Assembly: GCA_051362555.1 (NCBI GenBank)
Contig: CM120645.1
Location: forward strand, 18,104,001-18,168,000
Source of the DNA: Lingula anatina
Lineage: Eukaryota; Animalia; Brachiopoda
Direction: 5' to 3'
Length of the DNA stretch: 64,000 nucleotides
The position numbers were made by a program, and so were the translations under genes. Shown in pieces: positions 53,406 through 64,000 of this stretch (positions within the stretch are counted from its first letter, which is position 1; the number at the start of each line of letters is the position of its first letter). Under the pieces are notes generated by a model. It searched no databases, was not told the DNA's origin, and saw only the letters and a program-made list of their open reading frames with translations.

Positions 53406-54619
53406 GCATGGCTCACAGTCCGGCTGGTCACACTGCTCTCCACGTCGACCTCGTACACAGGCAGGGTACAGTCCACACTGGGTCTTCTCACGGCAAACAC
53501 AACGACAGTCTTCCCACACGGGCTTGTAGGCATAGTCACACACCGGGCAGCTGTAGCGGCGAAAAAAAGACATTCAAATCAGTTGGTTTCAATAGTTCAG
53601 AAACATATAACACGTAACTGTGAATAGTTCCCTCATTACAAGCATATTCGATAAATTACATAATATAACAGGCGTCCACGTTCATCAATATAAGTATATA
53701 CTCGGCTATGCTTCTACGTGGGGTGCAATATACTCACGTATCATTCGGACAGTAGCACGTTCCATCACTAGCTATAACCGAGTTCTGGCAGTTTTAACAT
53801 TCACATGAACAATGACAGCCACCATCAGGTTTAACGATATCATAACCGCCATTTGGACACTCACAGCCACACTGCAAATATACACATTGATATAATGGGC
53901 AGAAATATAAAAACAGAAAAATATGGTTTCAAGATCGATTGATATACGGATCGTTGTACATAAAAATTCACTAAAATATCAACGTTTTACCTTGGTTCCA
54001 TTATATTGAAACATAATCAAAATGATAACAATGTCTGGATTGTACTGCGCATAGAAATCATTCGATTCAACCATAATCTTAAAAACTCTTTACTTAAAAC
54101 CTTCATGTCAATTTACACATTTTATTTTATGAATATGTACATGTACCGTACCTCACACGTGCCGTCTACGTTCATCTCCCGTGGCCAACCGTCAGCACAG
54201 TGACATCGACATGCAGGCTGAAAAGGGACATCAGTGACCACCTTTTTAGTTTTACCATCCGGGCACTTGTCACACTGGCAAATGTGGTTATGCTGTCAAT
54301 CATAACCAAATATTAACAACTGGTATCATAATATGACTTTCATATTTGTATTTCAAAAATTTGCCATCGACTTAAATTTGTAAATGTTGTATTTGGTTGC
54401 TTTCGGCCATGAAGTTTGATCACTCACGTTTTGATGTTGAAAGACTAATGGGACATATGAAGCAATAGAAAATGCCCTGCAACACATAAACTTATTAGTA
54501 CCAGGATTGTTAAGACAATAAAAACACAAATCACCTCAATACTACTGCTTCCATCAGGACATAGGCAGGTACCAGGTCCAACAGCACACGTGGTGGCTAC
54601 GGTAGCTGGCCTACAGTGC
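53405..54619 (-). CDS. Cys-rich CxC/CPDG repeat exons upstream of the VWD domain
   Basis: CLCPDGS, CQCDKCPDG, CRCHCADG, CGCECPNG, CHCSCEC and CRCVC. In-frame TAA at 53794-53796. Confidence 0.8.
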
Positions 54620-54883
54620 CTGTAATGTCGGTTAAAATGTATTTCTTAATGATCACCATTCAATGCCCTTAATGAATATACCTAAATGTGGTATAAAAAA
54701 GACACAATTTAAGTTCCAATATCATGGCCTCGAATTGATAAGCTGACGCTCTTGGTTAACATTTCTATAACTGTATGGTAATGCACCTTGATATTGAAAC
54801 ACCTAACTGTTGGCGCTTGATCTGAAATACGTAATACACACAGCGGATACGAAGATGTCAAACACAACGGTTCACACACTTAC

Positions 54884-57800
54884 GCAGAAGCTTTTACAGA
54901 ATCAGGAACAAGCACATACCCTTCAAGGCTTGTGAAAATCGAATATGACGCATCTAAACGAAGAAACCCAGCGTCTTTTCTGTACCCCGGCCCCGCTTTG
55001 TGGACCACAAGGTGCACGCCCTCACGCCCGGAACAGATATTAGAACAATTGGTAATGTCCAAACTGTCCGTGATAGGGGCTGTAGTCGTGTATGTGACAG
55101 TCTCAGACTGACTGACAACACCGGGGTCTGAAACGACAATGGCATGTTTCCTGCACTCCAATCACAAATAAGCTCCGTGTATTGTATTCACACACTCACG
55201 TACGTGCATGCACACCACCTGCATGTGTCTTCTACTACACTGCAATACTCTAAGAAAGCAGCCATCGCTAAAAGGTACATACAAACCGAGCATCGGTGGA
55301 GCGTGGATTCCCAGTAACACATGTAAACCACTTCTACTAGATTCTTATATAACTCAAATAAATTCGACATGCCAAGGGATTAACTGAATAGATCACTCGA
55401 TCAGCCGTAAAAGCCGTAAAAGACTGCTCCTTTCTTTAAATTTTTGGTTGTAAATTTAACCTACTTTCGTGACTTACTTTCCTGCCCCATTGACATACAG
55501 CTTAGAATGCCAGTAGAAAATCCGTTCAAACATCAATTTCGGGTAAAATTAAACAATGCCTTTTGGTAATTCTCTTAGTTATACTACTTGAAACTATATG
55601 CTGGCATTTGGTTGGTTTTTGTGACAAATTAACTTTGTATGCATCTTTAAGAGTCCCTAACATGCGTATAGTCGTTTCTGAAAGGATAATACTAACGGAA
55701 TTTTTACAATACTACAAATCAGTTCCAACAGCAAATTTATAAAGCAACGTAAACAAATGTGCCAAGGCATAGGTGTTCGGCCGTGCTACATGTGTACATA
55801 CACGTAGGTTCTGCTGGTGTTCTATGCCCTGTTTCCTGATGGCTTCATTATGCGGTCTCACTATGTGTACGTCGGAGCATCTGTGTTACAGGGACCAATA
55901 TTACCAGGGGACGTATAATGATATGCAAAGACATGTGACAACCGTATTGGAACACTAGGACTCTGGAGTAGGACTTACCTATCAAATTCTTTAGAAAACG
56001 AAGAACGAGCGAAGGGTTGACGAGGTCGTAAACAATGGTATCCGAGGCACTGGGAAACTGCACGTGCAAACGTTTATGTGAACATTGCCCATGTCATCTG
56101 CGTGATCTACATCATGTGTCACGTCAGTCACCTGGAAAAACAGATCCTTCAATTTAATTATAGCTACAGTGGCGCATAACTCCCACTAAAGGCTCATTAC
56201 TTTTTATATCAGAATCAACTCATCAGGTTGCCTGTATTCAACAGAAACAGTAATTTCCAGACGACAATTTAATATCTGAAAGCCATAATCACAACTATAT
56301 TCAGAATAAAATTGGAATTTATTGTCTTTTAAATATGTACTCCTAGCATGTTAAATTCTTTGATAACCTGCATTAATATCTACTACTATAAATATTTTTA
56401 TTAATAAAGTACAGAAAAACCGCTCAAATGTTACACTCCTTAGAACAATGAAAATACCAATGGTACAATGGTTAAACTGAATAGACAAATAATGTGAGTA
56501 GACCGTTCACTACACTGTAAAAACAGTGCTTAGCTTGTGATAGACTTGTTATAGAATCATATGCCGGTGAAGCTAAACACATAGCTAAACGTGTAACACT
56601 GCCAGCGTGTCTAGCTTTTTCGTCTGTGAAACCCTTGAAAAGCTATACGTGCTTAGCTTTTACACATATTTCTAAATGCGTATAGGTGCCTAACGTGTGT
56701 TGTATGTATTTAAATGCTAAACACTGTTTTTACAGTGTACGAACATCAATAACAGAAACATACATCGGCACCTTACAGAAAAAGTGGGCGCCTTTGAATA
56801 GACTGGTAGCAGCTAGTGATGCGGGGGGGGGGGGGGGGGGGGGGTATTCTTTCTTTTTCGCAAAGATAAATTCACATTGTTTTTTTGTTAAGAACAAATT
56901 CTGATTGAAATGCAGTAAACCAAAAGTTTCATAATTTTTCATAAGTTTTCCTAGATTATTTTTCAGAAAGGTACCATTCCGATGTTGTGACATCCACAGT
57001 ATTAGTTAACTTCCCTGATAAAACAAATGTAATTTTGTCAGAAATTGATTTCAATGACACTGAGATCAAAGTAATAATCGATGATATGGATGCATCTAAG
57101 GCAAGTGGTACGGACTCGATGACGACAAAAATGTTAAAACTAAGCAAAGACGTTGTTGTGAAACCATTATGTATTTTATTTAATTATATTATTCAATCTA
57201 ACACCTACCCTGACCTGTGGAAAATGGCGTTTATTTGCCCGATTTATAAGAAAGGTGACAGAAGTTGCATAGATAACTATAGACCAGTGTCACTTTTGAG
57301 CGTCTTATCAAAAATTTTGGAAAAAAATATTTATAAAAGGATGATTAATCATGTCCTTAATAATAATTTATTGTTTGAAAAACAATCTGGGTTTCTTAAG
57401 GGTCATAGCACTGAACACCAATTACTGGCAATTCAAAATTTGATTAGATCTAATTTTAGAAAGGGCCGAGATGTAAGAGGAATATTTCTTGATATTTCAG
57501 CCGCTTTTGATAAAGTTCCGCATAGTTTATTACTATACAAGCTGTCAGCCTATGGTATTAAAGGTAACCTTACTGTCACTATTATCCTCTTATTTGAGTG
57601 ATAGAAAAATCAAAGTCCGTATCAATCTTCCAAAGAATCTTATATCAACACTAGTGTTCCACAAGGCAGCATTTTCGGCCCTCTACTCTTTCTCCTACAG
57701 TATATATAAATGATCTAGCAGACAACCTTTCATCAGATTGTTTTCTATATGCTGACGACACGTCTATTTTTCAATCTTCTCTTCCTTCTGACAGCCAGTT

Positions 57801-60800
57801 GCACGATGCACTTCAATCTGATCTCTCAAAGCTTGAGGAATTGTCTTCCAGATGGAAACTGGAGTTCAAACCTGATAAGAGTTGTGAGGTTATATTCTCT
57901 ACCAAGGTTACAGCAAATAAATATAGAAATCTAATATTATGTGATTTAACGATACCCCAGAAATCATTCCACAAACATCTCGGATTCGTACTAGATTCAA
58001 AACTGTCTTGTGCCGAGCATATAAGTTATTTAGCTTCTAAGGCCCAAAAGGCCCTGAATCCTCTTAAGTCCCTGTCCCATAGGCTCAGATCTAGGCACTT
58101 GAATATACTATACAACGCTTACGTACTGTTTCTGCTTGATTACTGCTACATCCTCTATCACTCAGCAACTAAAAGGAATCTTTCTAAACTCTCTTCTATT
58201 CACTATCAAGCTGGTCTGCTTGTTCTGGGTGCCCTGCCAGGTTCGAACACAATTAAAGTACTTAGAGAGTTGAACTGGGCTACTCTGGAAAACCGTAGAA
58301 TAATGCATGCACTATCCATCACAACATGGCGCCTACATACATTCTTAAAGATTTCCTGTCTTTTAAAAATCCAATAACCCCGCAAACAAGAGAGTCCTCG
58401 TACAGAGATTACATTATCCCAGCTAAGTTTACATCCCAGGGTCCTGAATACTTACTCGTGTCTTCATGGAATAGTCTCAGTCTCGAACAAAAGTACACCC
58501 CAAATATCGCGTTACTTAAGCATTCTGAAATCCGAACTCTTTTCTGGTTCGTTATCAACCACCACCCTAAAGTTAGAAAGAAAGAATGAAAAATATCTCA
58601 ACCGCGCGCGTGTAGATCTATTGTTCAAATCCCAATTATATAACCATAACTGGAACTCGGTAAATTCTCCGAACTGCTCTTGTGGGAAACCTGAGACTAT
58701 ACGCCACTTTTTCTTCTAGTGCCCACTGAGGCAGTTGAAGTATCGTGATTTTCATTTGTCTATTCAGAATGCCCTGGGTGCATAATGATCTTCGTTGAAT
58801 TCGGTGTTTCTGAAAATTAAAGAAGCGCATTAGTTTAAAACAGCATACAGATTACCTAAGAATAGTTGTACAGTGTTGCAATTGAAAAATGGCCGACCTG
58901 TGATATTTCCTTAATGGGTAGCCATTGCTTGTAGCAAGTACGTATTCCTTATTTGAATTAATTACAATAATGGTTGCAAACAATGAAATTACAAAAACAA
59001 CAAGCCATGACTTTTATTCAACAATCTACAACTTCGTGGTGTGCGCATTACGTTGTTTACGTTAAGAATGTAAATCACTGGACCATTCACACCTGACCAA
59101 TGCTTCAAAACTGTTGTTCATATGGTAGTCAATGGTTGCATCCAGTCGGATCCCTATCTTCTGTGCTTTGGGAACTGTGGACTGTAGATGGAGCTGCAGT
59201 CCTGCTGTCACCACTATATTCATGTCAACTGACAGCTGCTTTCTTAACACTGAGGTTGTCTATATACATAGGTAAATATTCGTCTTATACACTGCGATAT
59301 ACTTAAGGGAAAATAAAACTTGCACAAAGCGAAGGGGGATGGAGTACCGCGTGCATACATGTATTCCAGAATATGTTTCGTGTGTATTATAAGAAGTAAG
59401 TACTTAGCCTTAATACAACACATTATATAATAAAATTCATTTTATTATTAGGTAGCTGCATCGGTAGCTCAAGTATTTACCGTTACGTTTTCCATATCAT
59501 GATTAAGTATAACGACAAGCTACAATGTTTGTAATAACCAATGTATTCAATACATGCAGGAACAACATGCAAGTTGGCACCGCAGGTACATGTAATTACC
59601 TCAAACACCGCCTCCTTTTTCAGTGATGTAAATATGCCATCAGTGGATATTTGGTTGTTCAGCCGTCTGTCGGGGTGGAAAATAGTGTAGGGAGCAGACG
59701 TCAGCACTGTGTCTTTGTTTAAGTCCTGGATAGGGATACACTCCAGGAAAATGTAGCCCCCTTTCTCAAACCTTGAAATAACCTGAATAGAAATATATAC
59801 ACGTATCTCTCGTGAAGCCCAGATTGGCGATTGGTATGCTAAATATACTTCTACATCTTCATATGTTTATTCTATAAAGGTCATGCAGACAATGTAGAAC
59901 AATTATGCATTATATAGTTTTAACGTTATATGCTCAATATCAAAAACGGCTCATCTCCCTTTGTAACACAATTCTATAGTCTACATGTATATGCTGCAGA
60001 GTCAAATAGTGATATGATATACCAGTCAAGTCATCAGTTTACCTGACCGAGGAAGGCGCCGGATGTACGTCCTGGAATAACGTCACCTACGACTGGTGGC
60101 GCCGTCTCTTGATTCACTGACTCACTAATGTGCAGGCTTCTGTCATTTTGTTCTCCGCCGTGACAGTACATTGTGTTAGATGTGGAGACAGGGGAGACAG
60201 CAATGGGACTAGAAAACACATTGAGTACGCCACATGTTATGCACTTTTCTATATAAAAATATTAAGTGTCCTTTATATGCATGTGCGAACACATTAAAAA
60301 TGTACAGTAAACTTTCCTGTGACATTGGATACTTCTTTTCAAATTTAAATATGTTTTACGCCTACTGTTGACCAATTATAAGCAAAAACTGAATTGTACC
60401 GTGTCAGTATTCATAGAAAATATCAGAATATTGCAAAAAGACGACAAAAGTAAGAGTTGTCGTTACTAAAAATATTATGTACAGTTCGACCGGGACCGGA
60501 AATTAAATATGATGTACTACACATGATGTAATACAAAGATGTAATACGACACAAAGAATACATCGTATACAAATACGTCATTCACCTAAAAGACATAGCC
60601 TGACAACACGTCTTCACTTTGGCGTGATACGTCACAGCCTCAGATTCTGTTACAATATCCTCTATGTCCTCGAGGAAGCCCTGGCCCTGGCTTTCCCCGC
60701 TGACTACCACATCACAAACGTTAATGTGTTTTGACATACTCTGTCGTAGCACAATGTACTGAGACGCCACTGGTCTTATGGTGACATTGTACCAATGTCC

Positions 60801-62367
60801 AAGACATTTAAAAACATGGTCATCTAAAATGAGAAATGAGAAATTTTTTATCAGCTGTGGTTCACATATTCATCAAATAAAAACGTACGCTACTTTCTGT
60901 AGTGTAAGGTAAATGTTTTATATAAGTAAACTTTGCATTCAGTTTTTTAACCATTTATATTTATCGTTTATTATTATTATTATTATTTGGGGAACAATTT
61001 GAAATCAGAACTCTTCGAGATTCACCTTTAAGCACGTGAACTAAGGAACCTCTAATGGCTGCGCCTTCCCACATGTAGGCAATTTTAAAAATGCGTTCCT
61101 CCGGCACGTGCTCTAGCGTCCTATCATCCATGAGGGAACGGACAGGAACTATTTGGTTAAAGTTGGCATACTGGATGACATCTTCCAACGAGGCCCTTAC
61201 AGCGGCAAAATATTGGTATGTTCCTGAACAAAACGATTGCCATATCTGTTAAAAACATATAATACTAGTATAGTGGTGTATACTGAATCATGCAAATGTT
61301 ATAAGCCTATTAAAATACATTTAAAGGGGGGGGGGGGTTAAATTAAAATCTCGCTTTAATGAAATGTACCATTGATGCTATTCATACATTGAAAATCATG
61401 ACATACACTTTGTCCAAAAATGCATGTTTATATTTTATGCCGATTATTGGTTAAACGCCATTGAAATGCAACTTTTATAAGACGTACTTCAGGAAATATC
61501 ACTGAACCAGAGAGAACAACTACTGACATACATGTAACGTCATAAGTTACGTCAAAAAAGTATTCGACATCGTACAATTAGCCAGAAGTATTTCCATACA
61601 TTGTATATTTGGTTGACAAATAGTGTTACATGTAGTATAATAAACGCACCTTTCTTGAGTTGCATACACTTTATGCATGATTCCTCCAGCTTGCTTGCTG
61701 ACAATGACAAAATCTTTGGACCTGGGATACTTGACCTTGTCTCTGGTCACAAGAATGGAGTGACCTATCAAAAATTATTCATACAGATGGAAACAAAAAT
61801 CAGCATGCGTTTTAAATTTTAATTCAATTGCTTGCGAAAGTGAATATTGAAGCGTAACTGAAATAGGAACAGCATGCCCACTGGAATACCTGTATCTTTA
61901 TGATGAACTGTGGGTTAACCTTTGGTACAGTAATATATTTGTAGTAAAGGGCATCAGACTTTTTATTAAGTATATATAAAAGTTATCGATAACGGAGCTT
62001 TTATTTGTAATATTTGTCACATTCGTCACATGTATTGCAGTAACATGACGCTATGTTCAACACAATGTACTTACAGGCTTGCAAACTTTTGATAGAACAC
62101 AGAAAAGGCATATCATGAGATATCTTGTATTCCACTTTGCGTCATATTTCAATAATTCATAAACATTACAGATATCATACATGAATGCTCACCTCTTTGT
62201 TCCGTGTTTGATATAGGGCACACATAAAACTCTGCATTGCCAGGCTTAATGACCTTCACGTGTGCGTGCAATGTCGTATCTAAGGCTCGGTCGCCATGGT
62301 TATAGACCTGTCGCACTAGGCCATTTGGGCATTTCCGCATGTCCCATTGACGGCAGCTATATGAGAT
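54884..62367 (-). CDS. Nine N-terminal exons with no domain I can recognise
   Basis: Locally GC-richer open segments bounded by AG/GT, with phases chaining into the Cys-rich exons. Exon 55979-56131 appears to need a 1-nt correction. Confidence 0.65.
56513..56737. mobile_element. CACTG-ended MITE (CMC/EnSpm-like) with TA TSD
   Basis: TIR CACTGTAAAAACAGTG / CACTGTTTTTACAGTG with TA on each side. Confidence 0.85.
56880..58830 (+). mobile_element. 5'-truncated CR1/L2-group LINE (RT domain, frameshifted), antisense in an intron
   Basis: KASGTD, WKMA..CPIYKKGD, NYRPVSLL, QSGFLKGHSTE, FLDISAAFDKV, VPQGS, YADD (~57748) and KHLG. Confidence 0.93.
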
Positions 62368-64000
62368 CTAACCGGTGTAATATGCAAGAAAACATATTTC
62401 CTAAGGAAATTTGCAGAATAATTAGACATAAATCTTTAAAGGGTTTGCTTCATGCCGTCAGAATGGCCTGAACGGAACATATTCTTCAGAAAACATGCCC
62501 AACTAACGATATCTTTATCCAAATACATAAATTAAAAGCTCATTTTGTAAATTTTTGTCTTTAAAAAACGTCCTATTTGCTCGGCCTGGGAGTTAATGAG
62601 CTACGTGGTCACGTGGTCCAATGACCACAATCGAGCCACTGGAGAACAGAGCGTGCTTAGCTGTCAAACTGAGCTGCATTGTCTACCTGTAAGATGACTT
62701 CTCTGGCTTCTGAGTTTATACTCATTCAAATCTCTTACCCGAGGGGTCTAAATCCTCGTGAAGCTGTGTAAAACCATTTCCCGTCTAGTCATTTCTTTAA
62801 CAAGCATTTCATTATGGTTATCCCAAGTTGTATAAAACACTGCATTTGAATGAGTTAAGGGAAATGTTGATAATTGCATATGAGGTCCATGTTATTTGTG
62901 AAATTCAATTTATTTTATTAAACCGCTGACACTCCGTCTTGCATACTTTTATTAAACTGAGGTAAACAATGCCCGTTACCTTTACAAGTCCTATCTTAAT
63001 CATCCATCTAACTGGAACTTCCTTTACCTCTTAATTAGAGGGTTAAATGGCATTCAATTTGTCTTGCTTGTACCGAACGCACTCTCTATCTAAGCTTTAC
63101 TCCAGTTATCTCAGGTAAAAATCTACCTGTGCGTTAGTTACAAAGCGCAGCTCCCGTAGACCTGGGGGTACTAGATAAAATCTGAACACCAGGTTTATCG
63201 AGGAGCTAGAGAAAGAAAGGAAGAATTTTTCCTGCACAACTTCATAGGAATTTTAACACGGACTTGATCCAGCTTAGACCTCCAAACTAACAGGGTGACA
63301 TGGGCAATTTTCACAAACAAATCATAAAACTATATTTCAGTTAACCGCCTTTAAAATAAATATACCGTTCTGGGTAAATTAAAATAGTTATTAAATCGCA
63401 AGAATATTTTTGACTTAAATGATGATTTTATTATTAATGGAAATTAAGCTACTATATGAGGTACATTTGCTGTGATTACGCTGTCCTTCATGTTTTGCGT
63501 AAGTCTACATTTTGCTGTATGTGCTTGTAATCTTTTTAAATATGTGCGTACAATTTTTGCAGGTCTGGTTACCCCCCTGTTATGTGATGAGAGTATAAAT
63601 TTGGCAATTAGTTCCTTAGCTTATTTGAATAGAATTGCAGTGTAAAATTTTCAACAAGATGTTGGCGAAATAGCTCATTACTCTTTGTAGGTATTTCCCC
63701 CGTCAAAGTTTGTCTAAAATTATCTTTCAATCTTTACTCTTTCAAAGACAGTATAAAGTTACCTGACATATTTTCGTGTAAACTTAATGACAAGCCAAGT
63801 GTCTCCAGTTCATTCCGTACTCAATTTTACCCAAGCAAATTTTTTTCTTGAGTAGATCTTTATTGCACGGTGTTATAAGCTTACAAATTTGCAAAAAATA
63901 AAAATTGCGTACTGACGCAGAATTTGCGTTTCAAGTTATAAAATAATCAATCTTTTAAATTATTTAATATTTCAGATGAAATTATCTTCAGAAACATATC

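Larger units (their letters stand above)
27974..62367 (-). pseudogene. Multi-exon gene for a VWD/EGF/cadherin-repeat single-pass membrane protein (VWDE-like), with several disabling lesions; 5' end not located
   Basis: About 26 GT-AG exons with mostly matching phases: 62193-62367, ~61670-61764, 61026-61245, 60586-60823, 60043-60208, 59600-59782, 59098-59259, 55979-56131, 54884-55127, 54535-54619, 54152-54292, 53738-53871, [~53405-53550 + 50533-~50610], 50027-50222, 49574-49713, 46602-46802, 46149-46309, 35673-35790, 35137-35226, 34488-34577, 31586-31675, 30921-31073, 30428-30683, 29995-30164, 28720-29700 and 27974-28345. Confidence 0.8.

Noticed and set aside
30430-53796. Selenocysteine or recoded stops in the Cys-rich exons
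   Set aside because: The stops are TAG and TAA, not TGA, and frameshifts occur in the same gene.

Overview
AT-rich, intron-containing animal DNA, probably from a marine invertebrate (inferred from the repeat and transposon types). There is no prokaryotic gene organisation and no CRISPR array. The left part (1-27 kb) is almost all repeats: a piggyBac-like insertion, a ~190-bp tandem array, a complete but mutated Gmr1-type Gypsy LTR retrotransposon (integrase before RT, 7450-13184), several MITEs, a decayed APE-RT LINE, and a Penelope fragment with a hammerhead-ribozyme motif. The right part (27974 to at least 62367, minus strand) is one ~26-exon gene for a large type-I membrane protein. Its order is unassigned N-terminal region, Cys-rich CxC repeats, VWD + C8-like, ~10 EGF repeats, 2 cadherin repeats, Ser/Thr stalk, TM and cytoplasmic tail. 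This copy carries about five disabling lesions (two in-frame stops, two frameshifts and an ISL2EU transposon inside an exon), so it looks like a young pseudogene or a null allele. Its introns hold a four-level transposon nest, a Ginger-like foldback element and a CR1/L2-type LINE. All coordinates were read by eye and family assignments come from motif recognition, not database searches.
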